Shown here: piece after piece, positions 10,210-19,241 of the stretch
Numbering within the stretch: position 1 is the first letter of the stretch
Layout of the letters: each line of letters begins with the position of its first letter
NCBI GenBank assembly: GCA_945907065.1
Contig: CAMDSC010000002.1
Span: 28,345 to 92,344 of the forward strand
DNA length: 64,000 nt
Source: Chitinophaga pinensis
GTDB taxonomy: Bacteria > Bacteroidota > Bacteroidia > NS11-12g > UBA9320
Reading direction: 5' to 3'
The notes under the pieces: generated by a model
What the model saw: only the letters and a program-made list of their open reading frames with translations
Told to the model about the DNA's origin: nothing
Databases searched by the model: none
Made by a program: the position numbers and the translations under genes

Positions 10210-10710
10210 ATGAAAAATATCAAGTCGCATAGCATTTTTTTAGGATTGGCTTTGGTTGGTATTTTTCTGTTATCCATTCTTGTTTTTTTATCCAAATATC
10301 AGTTAAAATCTGAAAACAGCCCAAAAACAAATGTAGAATTATTTTATAATCACAATCACAATCTAACCGTAGCTAACAATATTATTTTCATCATTCTTTT
10401 GTTTGTAGCCAATCTTATGTTTATTGGTAAAAGGTATTGGGATACTTTCATATGGATAGGAATAATTTTTTTAACATTTACTTTACTTGATTGGTGGTGG
10501 CTGAGTGAGATGGTTTTTCATTATAAAAAATCAAACAATTTATGGGAAGGTGAAAGTAATTTAGCGCCCTTTGCTGGTATTTTTATAGCTTTATTAGGTT
10601 TGGCCGTAACCACATTTAATTATCTTATCCTTAAAAGAATATTTAAGGAAAAAGAAATTAAACCGATTAAATTAATCACAGAAGAAAAACAAGAACTTAA
10701 AAAAAAATAA
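10210..10710 (+). CDS. Hypothetical integral membrane protein (about 4 TM)
   Basis: 166 aa with four hydrophobic stretches and a basic tail; 4 nt before pepP. Confidence 0.65.
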   Translation: MKNIKSHSIFLGLALVGIFLLSILVFLSKYQLKSENSPKTNVELFYNHNHNLTVANNIIFIILLFVANLMFIGKRYWDTFIWIGIIFLTFTLLDWWWLSEMVFHYKKSNNLWEGESNLAPFAGIFIALLGLAVTTFNYLILKRIFKEKEIKPIKLITEEKQELKKK

Positions 10711-10714
10711 TACA

Positions 10715-12010
10715 ATGAAATACGAACAAATAAACAGTCAGCTATTTATTGAAAACCGTGAACGGTTTAAAAAAATATTAAAACCAAATAGCATTGCTAT
10801 TTTTACAAGCAATTATGAATATGTGCTAAACGGCGATGCCTCCCATACCTTTAAACAAAACTCTAACTTATTTTGGCTTTGTGGCATCGACCAGGAAGAT
10901 AGTATTTTAATAATTTACCCCGATTGCGCTATACCCGAATTTCGTGAAGCATTATTTTTAAAACAAACCAACGATAAAATAGCGGTATGGGAAGGGTATA
11001 AATATACCAAGGAACATGCCACAGAAGTATCAGGAATTACGCAAATTAATTGGAATGAAGGTTTTTGGGATACAATAAGACCAATCATCAATATGGCTAA
11101 ATCCATTTATCTTCCTTTGAATGAAAATGACCGGTTTGCATACAAATCGCCTTACAACGAACTTGATTTTGTGAACGAAGTAAAAGCCCGTTTTCCATTG
11201 CACCATTTTGAAAGAAGTTCTACCCATCTCCAGCGTTTGAGAAGTGTAAAATCAAACTTGGAACTAGATTTAACCAGAAAAGCAATCGCTATTTCTAAAA
11301 AAGGATTTGAAAGACTTTTAAAATTTACAAAACCTGGTGTTTGGGAGCATCAAATCGAAGCAGAACTCATTCATGAATATTTGAGTAATAGGGCAACCGG
11401 CCATTCATTTCATCCAATTGTAGCTAGCGGTGCTTCGGCCTGTGTGTTGCATTATGTGGAGAACAACCGCCAGTGCAAAGACGGTGATTTACTATTGGTA
11501 GACTGTGGCGTGGACTATGCCAATTATGCTTCGGATATGACCCGCGTAATACCTGTAAACGGCAAATTTACCCAGCGCCAAAAAGATGTTTACAATGCTG
11601 TTTTGAGAGTAATGCGGGCAGCTTCAAAATTATTGGTGCCCGGCACGATGTTGATGGATTACCACAAAATAGTGGGCAAAGAATTAATGGAAAAGGAATT
11701 GGTGGATTTGGGCTTACTTACTATGGACGACGTTAAAAACGAAGACCCTAACTGGCCAGCTTATAAAAAATACTTTATGCATGGAACCTCTCACTTTTTA
11801 GGAATAGATGTACATGATGTAGGAATGCGCTACGAACCAATGCAAGCCGGCAATCTGTTTACTTGCGAGCCAGGTATTTATATCAAAGAAGAAGGCATTG
11901 GCATTCGTATTGAAAACAATCTTTTGATAACCGAAACCGGCCAATTGGATTTGATGGATGAAATAGGGATGCTGATAGAGGTTGATGAAATTGAGGCGTT
12001 TATGAATTAA
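10715..12010 (+). CDS. pepP: Xaa-Pro aminopeptidase (M24B)
   Basis: LHY, D-CG-x-x-x-x-x-YASDMTR, HGTSHFLGIDVHD, EPGIY, GIRIEN. Confidence 0.93.
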   Translation: MKYEQINSQLFIENRERFKKILKPNSIAIFTSNYEYVLNGDASHTFKQNSNLFWLCGIDQEDSILIIYPDCAIPEFREALFLKQTNDKIAVWEGYKYTKEHATEVSGITQINWNEGFWDTIRPIINMAKSIYLPLNENDRFAYKSPYNELDFVNEVKARFPLHHFERSSTHLQRLRSVKSNLELDLTRKAIAISKKGFERLLKFTKPGVWEHQIEAELIHEYLSNRATGHSFHPIVASGASACVLHYVENNRQCKDGDLLLVDCGVDYANYASDMTRVIPVNGKFTQRQKDVYNAVLRVMRAASKLLVPGTMLMDYHKIVGKELMEKELVDLGLLTMDDVKNEDPNWPAYKKYFMHGTSHFLGIDVHDVGMRYEPMQAGNLFTCEPGIYIKEEGIGIRIENNLLITETGQLDLMDEIGMLIEVDEIEAFMN

Positions 12011-12140
12011 TAAAGGGAAGTTAAAAGTTTAAAACTAAAAGTTAAAAGTTTTGGTTTATTTTTAATTCCAGAGCATGAGAAATCTTTTTATAAATTAGAA
12101 GAAAGAATATGACTATTCACAATAACCGCTTTGCAATCTG

Positions 12141-12752
12141 TCAAATTACACCTTCGACAACTAAATAAAGGAGGACTGTACCATAAAGAATTAATGACAT
12201 AGCGGTACATGATACCGTGCTGATAAAATTAAGACCATGGGCACTCTTTAATACCTCTATTTTGGTAATATCTTTGGCATAAAACATTTTATTATCTAAT
12301 AACTCATTTACGTTTCGACTATTTAACAAAAAATGGACTTGCCTAATTGCCTTCTTATCTATAGCATGTCTCTTCCTTAATTTAAATTGGCCGGTTTCAA
12401 TATTCTCGTAATAGTTTGTTTGCTTCCCATCAGGCCATCGTGTATATTCTGAAAAAACTATTCTATTAAGTGCAGAATCAATTCTAACATTACTTACTCC
12501 ATAAATTATACCTTTATAATGCACAAAATAATTGTATTTTTTTGAAAGCTTTCTGGTTTTGTGATTTATACCCAACGAGTCTTTAGATACCTCGTAATTG
12601 GCAGTAATTACATCAGAATTACGCTCCAAATAGTCTTGAATTTGCAAAGATCCAGACAAGTCTCGTTTTTTATAAAACCGGCAGTTTTCAAACCCAAGAA
12701 CTATAATTAAAAGTAAAAGTAAGGAAACTAATTTTGAATTCAGAATTTTCAT
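12141..12752 (-). CDS. Hypothetical protein, probable lipoprotein with C-terminal hydrophobic helix
   Basis: Hydrophobic N-terminus ending GFENC; C-terminal TM-like segment; no recognised motif. Confidence 0.6.
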   Translation of the reverse strand: MKILNSKLVSLLLLLIIVLGFENCRFYKKRDLSGSLQIQDYLERNSDVITANYEVSKDSLGINHKTRKLSKKYNYFVHYKGIIYGVSNVRIDSALNRIVFSEYTRWPDGKQTNYYENIETGQFKLRKRHAIDKKAIRQVHFLLNSRNVNELLDNKMFYAKDITKIEVLKSAHGLNFISTVSCTAMSLILYGTVLLYLVVEGVI

Positions 12753-12838
12753 AATCTAAGATTTATTTAAATATACTAATTTTTTATAACAATTTTTATG
12801 ATTTTTTGCAAAATCGGGCTAAAAAAAATGTAATTAGT

Positions 12839-14116
12839 TTAATACCCATACTTCTCTCCCCACCTCAGCTTCAAGTATTTTCTTAATTCATCTTCCTTAG
12901 GGTTTTTTCCGGGGTTATAAATAACAGTACCACTTAACATTTCAGGCAAAAATTCCAAATCTACAAAGTTTTGGTCATATTGATGGGCATATTTATAGTC
13001 TTTGCCGTAGCCCATGTTTTTCATTAGTTTGGTTGGGGCGTTTCGCAAATGCAAAGGAACAGGTTGATCGCCCGTTTTGTTTACCAAATCCATAGCCGTT
13101 TCAATAGCGATATACGATGCATTGCTCTTAGCACTCGTCGCTAAATAAATGGCAGTTTGGCTAAGAATAATTCTGGCCTCAGGCATTCCTATCATTTGAA
13201 TGGCCTGAAAACATTGGGTAGCCATGAGTAGTGCGTTGGGATTGGCGTTGCCAATATCTTCGCTCGATAAAATAACCATGCGGCGGGCAATAAATTTTAT
13301 GTCTTCCCCTCCATCTAGCATTCGGGCAAGCCAATAAACGGCCCCGTTGGGGTCGCTGCCTCTGAGGCTTTTAATAAATGCCGAAATGATATCGTAATGT
13401 TGCTCGCCCGACTTATCATACAAAGCCATTTTTTGCTGCAACACTAATTCTACAGCTTTGTTTGTAATATTCACTTTCCCATTCTTTAAAGTGGTTTGCA
13501 CCACCAAATCAAAAAGGTTTAACAATTTTCGTCCATCTCCTCCTGTAAACCGAAACAATGCTTCCTTTTCCTTTAAGTCAATGCTTATAGATTTTAAAAA
13601 ATGATCTTTTTCAATCGCCCGATTCAGAATTTTATCCAAATCCTCTTCATTAAATGCTTTTAAAACATACATCTGACAACGGCTAAGCAAAGCGCTGATA
13701 ACTTCAAAACTTGGATTTTCGGTAGTTGCTCCAATAAGTGTAATAATTCCCTTTTCAACGGCTCCGAGTAACGCGTCTTGCTGAGATTTATTAAACCGGT
13801 GAATCTCATCAATAAACAATAAGGCACCGCCTTGTTCTTTGGCTTTATCAATTACTTCCCTTAATTCTTTTACCCCTGAACTAATGGCACTCAAACTGTA
13901 AAATGGTAATTGCCAAGATTGAGAAAGTAACTGAGCGAGTGTGGTTTTACCAACTCCCGGAGGACCCCATAAAATCAAGCTTCTGGCGGTATGAGTTTCT
14001 GCTAATTTTTGAATGGGCTTCCCTTCGCCCAATAAATGTTCCTGTCCGATAAATTCTTCAAGAGTCATTGGTCTGACTCTTTCTGCAAGCGGTATATTTG
14101 AGGGAGACAATTCCAA
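12839..14116 (-). CDS. rarA: Replication-associated recombination protein A (MgsA/RarA AAA+ ATPase)
   Basis: PLAERVRP, GPPGVGKTT, FIDEIHRF, GATTENP, SAFIKSLRGSD, VPLHLRNAPT. Confidence 0.95.
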   Translation of the reverse strand: MELSPSNIPLAERVRPMTLEEFIGQEHLLGEGKPIQKLAETHTARSLILWGPPGVGKTTLAQLLSQSWQLPFYSLSAISSGVKELREVIDKAKEQGGALLFIDEIHRFNKSQQDALLGAVEKGIITLIGATTENPSFEVISALLSRCQMYVLKAFNEEDLDKILNRAIEKDHFLKSISIDLKEKEALFRFTGGDGRKLLNLFDLVVQTTLKNGKVNITNKAVELVLQQKMALYDKSGEQHYDIISAFIKSLRGSDPNGAVYWLARMLDGGEDIKFIARRMVILSSEDIGNANPNALLMATQCFQAIQMIGMPEARIILSQTAIYLATSAKSNASYIAIETAMDLVNKTGDQPVPLHLRNAPTKLMKNMGYGKDYKYAHQYDQNFVDLEFLPEMLSGTVIYNPGKNPKEDELRKYLKLRWGEKYGY

Positions 14117-14144
14117 ATTTTTAATTTTATGTACGTTGTTTTTT

Positions 14145-14221
14145 TGCCACTAAGTCACCAAAACACTAAGGGGCAAAAAGTTGTTCTTGGTGAAACTTTC
14201 TGTCTTCGTGGCTTGGTGGCA
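14145..14221. repeat. Imperfect inverted repeat built from 8-nt CACnAAG units (REP-like)
   Basis: TGCCACTAAGTCACCAAAACACTAAG versus reverse complement of right arm TGCCACCAAGCCACGAAGACAGAAAG (20/26). Confidence 0.6.
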
Positions 14222-14232
14222 TCTTTTAAAAT

Positions 14233-15198
14233 TTAAAAACTTCTATTATGCAAATAAACCAACAATTCGTTTAAGTCCGATTTTTTTGATTCATCTACTT
14301 TTAAATCCTTTAAATTTTGTGAGGCCAAATCAAAGTATCTTTCAGATAGAGATTTTAAATAAACATCCGATCCGGTTTTTATAAATAGAGTTTTTACCTC
14401 TTCGATTTTATGGGTATCGTCTATTTTTTCATCATTAAATAATCCCTGCATTTTCCCCTTCTCGGTTTCCATGGCTTTTATAACCATGATAGTTTTCTTA
14501 TTTGCCAATATATCCCCTCCTGGTAGTTTGCCTACCAATTCGGGTGTTCCAAAAGCATCCAGATAATCGTCCATTAACTGAAAACCAATGCCCATGTTTA
14601 CTCCAAGGTTATATATTTTTTGAGCTTCTTCTATGGATGCGTCGGCTACAATGGCTCCCATCTGCAAACTACACCCCAATAAAACTGAGGTTTTTAGACG
14701 TATCATTTCCAGATATTCCTTTTCTGTAACATTGGTTTGAGTTTCAAAATTCATGTCCATTTGCTGACCATCACACACCTCAGCTGCTGTTTTATTAAAT
14801 ACCGAAAATAATTCAGGCAAATGGTTTTGTTCCGACTTTTGTAGCATTTCATAAGCCTTTACCAGCATTAAATCCCCTGAGAGAATTGCTATGTTGGTAT
14901 CCCACTTTTCATGCACCGTTGGTTTGCCCCTTCTTACCGGAGCCTTGTCCATAATATCATCATGAATGAGAGAAAAGTTATGGAAAACTTCAACAGTTAA
15001 AGCTGAAGGAATTGCCTTTTCTAGGTTACCAGAATACAACTCACATCCCATCAATGCTAGCACCGGCCTTATTCGTTTACCGCCCAATCCTAGAATATAA
15101 TTTAAAGGGTCATATAAATTTTGAGGAGAACCTTGGTATGGGTTCTTATGGATTTCTTGTTCTATTTTTTTTAATAATTCGGAGTATGATTTTAGCAT
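14233..15198 (-). CDS. Polyprenyl diphosphate synthase (IspA/GGPP synthase family)
   Basis: GGKRIRP, SLIHDDIMD..RRG, GQQMD, KT, FQLMDDYLD. Confidence 0.92.
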   Translation of the reverse strand: MLKSYSELLKKIEQEIHKNPYQGSPQNLYDPLNYILGLGGKRIRPVLALMGCELYSGNLEKAIPSALTVEVFHNFSLIHDDIMDKAPVRRGKPTVHEKWDTNIAILSGDLMLVKAYEMLQKSEQNHLPELFSVFNKTAAEVCDGQQMDMNFETQTNVTEKEYLEMIRLKTSVLLGCSLQMGAIVADASIEEAQKIYNLGVNMGIGFQLMDDYLDAFGTPELVGKLPGGDILANKKTIMVIKAMETEKGKMQGLFNDEKIDDTHKIEEVKTLFIKTGSDVYLKSLSERYFDLASQNLKDLKVDESKKSDLNELLVYLHNRSF

Positions 15199-15223
15199 TT
15201 GTCAATTATTTTCAGGAAGAAAA

Positions 15224-15373
15224 CATCCCCCAACCCCCTTCGAAGGGGGACTTTGGCTTCGACATTTCTTTGTTCGTAATTTTATACTTTTTTAATTTTC
15301 ACTCTTAATAAATTCTTCTTTGTGTCCAATAATCTTGCGTCAGCTCTCCCCCTTTGAAGGGGGTTGGGGGATG
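15224..15373. repeat. REPIN/MITE-like element: two inverted 27-bp GC-rich REP copies around a 96-bp spacer
   Basis: 15224-15250 CATCCCCCAACCCCCTTCGAAGGGGGA and 15347-15373 (reverse complement 26/27 identical); each copy has its own CCCCCTT-NN-AAGGGGG hairpin. Confidence 0.8.
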
Positions 15374-15439
15374 CGTTTGAAAGCAAAACAAAATTTCCAT
15401 GCAAAAACCTTATCCTTAACCACCGGTTTAAACCGTTGG

Positions 15440-17554
15440 CTATATTACAAACTCAAAATCCACCAACCGCTTTGGAATATTTGTCCTTTTAACACGAATT
15501 TTTGTTACATCACCCATTTGGTGTTTTATTCCTTTTCGCATTCCTAATACATAACGGCCTTTTTCAAAAAATTCATAGATATCATCCGTCATGTCTTTCA
15601 AGCGAATCATTCCTTCGCATTTGTTTTCAATTATCTCAACGTAAACACCCCACTCGGTAATTCCGGTAATTATGCCTTCAAATGCTTCCCCGATAAATTG
15701 AGAAATATATTCAGTTTGCTTGTATTTAATTGAAGCCCGCTCTGCTTCAACAGCCTTTTGTTCCCGGTCGCTGCTCCATTTACAGGCCGCCTCGAGATTG
15801 CTTTGATCAATAGGAGTAACTTTATCCAACATTTTGAATAAATGGCGGTGAGCTAGCAAATCCGGGTAACGGCGAATGGGAGATGTAAAATGCGCATAAT
15901 AATCAAAACCCAACCCAAAGTGCCCTGATTTTTTTGTGGTGTAAAATGCCTTTTCCATGCTTCGGATGGCGAGAGGTTGTAGAATTGTAGAGGCTTGTGT
16001 CCCTTCAATTTCAGCCGTCATGGCATTGATACTTTGGATATATTCATCTTCCGAATCTGTATTTATTTGAAACCCAAACCTTGATGCAATGGCCGCAAAT
16101 TCCATCATTTTATTTGGAACCGGTGGCTCGTGTAAACGGTAAGGAATGGAATACGGTTTATATTTGGTATTTACCAAAGTGGCCACCCGTTTATTCGCCA
16201 AAAGCATAAACTCTTCTACTAATTTATGGGCATCCTTCCTAACTTTTTTATAGACTTCGATGGGCTTACCAAGTTTGTCCAGCTTAAATTTCACTTCTTC
16301 CGTTTCAAATGAAATAGCCCCTTGACGGAAGCGTTCTTCTTTTAAATTTTTAGCTATTTTGTTTAAAGTTGTTAGTTCGGTAGCCAATTCACCTTCCCCT
16401 GCTTCCAGTATTTCCTGGGCTTCTTCATAACTGAATCGGCGGTGTGAATGGATAACGGTTTTACCAAACCACTCCTTTAAAATTTTGCCTTTACCATCCA
16501 GTTCAAATACTGCGGCAAAACACAATCTATCCTCATCAGGAACCAAAGAGCACAATTCATTGGAAATTTTTTCAGGCAACATCGGAACAACTCTATCCAC
16601 TAAATACACCGAAGTTGCTCTGGCGTAAGCCTCTTTATCCAATAAGGAACCTTCCGTTACAAAATGCGAAACATCGGCAATATGCACCCCGACTTCATAT
16701 TTATTATCGCCCAAAACCTTAAAAGAAATGGCATCATCAAAATCTTTGGCATCCGCAGGGTCTATAGTAATAGTAAGAGTTTGTCTGAAATCTTTGCGGG
16801 TGGCAATTTCAGCTTCGGGTATTATCACCGGCATTTTATCGGCTTCATCCATAACATCCTTTGGAAATTCAGGATTCAATCCAAATTCCATCAATATGGC
16901 ATGAATCTCGGTATTGTGTTCTCCCGCTTTGCCTAAAACTTTCACCACTTCGGCATTGGGGTTTTTTGCCATTTTAGGCCAATCTGTGATTTTTACAATA
17001 GCCTTATAATTATTTTTAACGCCTCGTAATTTGTCTTTTGGTATAAAAAAATCGGTATGGCTGCGGGTATCATCGGGTACAAAAAAACCAAAACCATCTG
17101 AAACCTGAACTACACCTACATATTCCTGTTTGGCTCGTCTCACTACTTTTATCACACGTCCTTCGGGTTTATCTTTTCTTCGTGTAGAAATCATCTCTAC
17201 CTGAACAATATCCCCGTTCAAAGCTGGCCAGGTCATGCCTGGTGTGATATGAATATCAGCTTCGTCTTCACCGGTCAGTAAATATCCTGCTCCCCGTTTG
17301 TTAAATTCTATTTTACCTTCTAAAAATTCAGAAACTTCTTCAATATAAAAACTCCCTTTGGGTTGTTCAACAATTAATTTTTTGTTTACCAAATCCATTA
17401 ATGCTTCGCCTGCAAGTTCCCTATCAGGCTTAGAATTGAAGCCCAATCGCGATGAAATTTGTTTGTAATTCATGCGTTTGCCGGGTCGTTCGTTCAGCAC
17501 TTCCAGTATTTGCGCCTCTACCCAGTCATTGTGATTGTTATTGCCATTGGCCAT
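15440..17554 (-). CDS. rnr: Ribonuclease R
   Basis: TIDPADAKDFDDAIS, VHIADVS, EEFMLLAN, HFTSPIRRYPDL; N-terminal wHTH/CSD and C-terminal S1. Confidence 0.96.
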   Translation of the reverse strand: MANGNNNHNDWVEAQILEVLNERPGKRMNYKQISSRLGFNSKPDRELAGEALMDLVNKKLIVEQPKGSFYIEEVSEFLEGKIEFNKRGAGYLLTGEDEADIHITPGMTWPALNGDIVQVEMISTRRKDKPEGRVIKVVRRAKQEYVGVVQVSDGFGFFVPDDTRSHTDFFIPKDKLRGVKNNYKAIVKITDWPKMAKNPNAEVVKVLGKAGEHNTEIHAILMEFGLNPEFPKDVMDEADKMPVIIPEAEIATRKDFRQTLTITIDPADAKDFDDAISFKVLGDNKYEVGVHIADVSHFVTEGSLLDKEAYARATSVYLVDRVVPMLPEKISNELCSLVPDEDRLCFAAVFELDGKGKILKEWFGKTVIHSHRRFSYEEAQEILEAGEGELATELTTLNKIAKNLKEERFRQGAISFETEEVKFKLDKLGKPIEVYKKVRKDAHKLVEEFMLLANKRVATLVNTKYKPYSIPYRLHEPPVPNKMMEFAAIASRFGFQINTDSEDEYIQSINAMTAEIEGTQASTILQPLAIRSMEKAFYTTKKSGHFGLGFDYYAHFTSPIRRYPDLLAHRHLFKMLDKVTPIDQSNLEAACKWSSDREQKAVEAERASIKYKQTEYISQFIGEAFEGIITGITEWGVYVEIIENKCEGMIRLKDMTDDIYEFFEKGRYVLGMRKGIKHQMGDVTKIRVKRTNIPKRLVDFEFVI

Positions 17555-17559
17555 AGCTG

Positions 17560-17567
17560 CAAAGGTA
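17560..17567 (-). promoter_or_regulatory. -7 promoter element 5 nt before the rnr start codon
   Basis: TACCTTTG-CAGCT-ATG. Confidence 0.6.
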
Positions 17568-17625
17568 GCGGATTAAATTAACTGTTGGGCTTTAAGCAAG
17601 TTAACTTTAAATCAACATATATTTT

Positions 17626-19143
17626 CTAAAACTGAAAATAAATAAACGGCTGAACCTCGCTACTGGCTACCTGATAGGCTGCTATGATGATGAAAGCTAC
17701 AATTCCAACTTTCAGAACCAAAGGCATTACAGAAAAACGTTCTTCCAAATTTAACTTGAAGCGTTTTGGAATAAAATGTAAGAAGTATCCTATCAAAATA
17801 AAACTAAACACTTTCCAATAGGATTGCGCTTTTAGCATGGCATCAGGCAATGAAAAATTATAAAAAATACGGCTCAACATCATTTTTACAGATGGCACAT
17901 CGTCGGCACGGAAGTAAATCCAACAGAAACATACAAAATGAAAAGTGACCACCCCTGCTATGATGTTGTAAAGTTTGCTGTTTTGTTTATTAGCCCATGG
18001 CACATATTCCAAGTACATTTTATGTAAGGCCAAAGCTCCGCCATGCAGGGCTCCCCAAATAATAAACTTATTGGCAGCCCCGTGCCACAAGCCTCCAAGC
18101 AACATGGTTATTAGTAAATTTATGTATGTACGAATTTTCCCTTTTCGGTTTCCACCTAATGAAATATAAAGGTAATCCTTCAGCCAGGTACTTAATGAAA
18201 TATGCCATCTGCGCCAAAACTCGGTGATGGAAAGGGACACATACGGTGAATTAAAATTGAGTGGCAACCTAAATCCGAGCAACAATGAAATCCCTATAGC
18301 CATATCGCTATATCCTGAAAAATCACAATAGATTTGGATGGCATATCCATACACTGCCATAAGGTTATCAAACCCTGAATATAATTGAGGGTCGTCAAAA
18401 ACCCTGTCTACAAAATTGATACTGATATAATCCGAAATAACTGTTTTCTTTATAAATCCGCCCATAATTAAAAAAATAGCATGGCCAAATTCCCGCTCGG
18501 TAAGACTGAATTTTTTTGCTATTTGAGGAAGAAAGTCGACTGCCCTTACAATTGGACCTGCAATAAGCTGTGGAAAATAGGTCACAAAAAAACCGAAGTC
18601 TAATATGTTTTTTGCCGGTTCAATATGCTTCCTGTAAACATCGATGGTATAGCTTAAGGTTTGAAAGGTAAAGAACGATATACCAACAGGAAGAACAATT
18701 TTTGAGATGTCAAAACCGGTTCCAAACCAATTATTGGAAGCAATGTAAAAAATATTTTTTGGATGAAAATTGGTTCCAATAAGGTCATTGATAATATTGG
18801 CGAAGTAGTTTGTATATTTAAAGAAAACCAAAAGGCCGAGGTTTATACTTAAGCTAATTATTAAAAAAAGTTTCCGTTTAAACTGGCTTTTAGAATAATG
18901 AATTGCGTTGGCCAGATAAAAATCATAAATGGTAGAAAGCACCAACAGGGAAAAAAACCACCCACCCGTTCGGTAATAGAAAAACACACCGAAACAGATG
19001 AGATAAAAACTCCTTAATTGAAGCCTGTCATGGATAAAAGCATACACACCATACATTACAGTGAATATGAAAATAAACAAATACTGGCTGAACAACAGTG
19101 GCGATGTTTCAGAAAAAACAAATATTTCCCGTAGGGTTAGCAT
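17626..19143 (-). CDS. MBOAT O-acyltransferase (AlgI/PatA/DltB family)
   Basis: LPVGISFFTFQ, FPQLIAGPIVR, DFSGYSD, FWRRWHISLS, GLWHGA, FIYFQF C-terminus. Confidence 0.93.
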   Translation of the reverse strand: MLTLREIFVFSETSPLLFSQYLFIFIFTVMYGVYAFIHDRLQLRSFYLICFGVFFYYRTGGWFFSLLVLSTIYDFYLANAIHYSKSQFKRKLFLIISLSINLGLLVFFKYTNYFANIINDLIGTNFHPKNIFYIASNNWFGTGFDISKIVLPVGISFFTFQTLSYTIDVYRKHIEPAKNILDFGFFVTYFPQLIAGPIVRAVDFLPQIAKKFSLTEREFGHAIFLIMGGFIKKTVISDYISINFVDRVFDDPQLYSGFDNLMAVYGYAIQIYCDFSGYSDMAIGISLLLGFRLPLNFNSPYVSLSITEFWRRWHISLSTWLKDYLYISLGGNRKGKIRTYINLLITMLLGGLWHGAANKFIIWGALHGGALALHKMYLEYVPWANKQNSKLYNIIAGVVTFHFVCFCWIYFRADDVPSVKMMLSRIFYNFSLPDAMLKAQSYWKVFSFILIGYFLHFIPKRFKLNLEERFSVMPLVLKVGIVAFIIIAAYQVASSEVQPFIYFQF

Positions 19144-19203
19144 AAATTTATAAACTTCTTAAATCTAAAATCGTTAATCTCATTTTTTTTCTTTTACCTG
19201 CTT

Positions 19204-19233
19204 TGTAAGGGTTCAAAATTTTGAACCCTTACA
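19204..19233. repeat. Perfect 30-bp palindrome between the SGNH and MBOAT genes
   Basis: TGTAAGGGTTCAAAA|TTTTGAACCCTTACA. Confidence 0.85.
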
Positions 19234-19241
19234 TTGAATTA

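Noticed and set aside
15012-15547. ORFs 15012-15308 and 15320-15547 as cargo of the REP element
   Set aside because: They overlap neighbouring genes antisense and merely read through the repeat arms; no nuclease or transposase motifs
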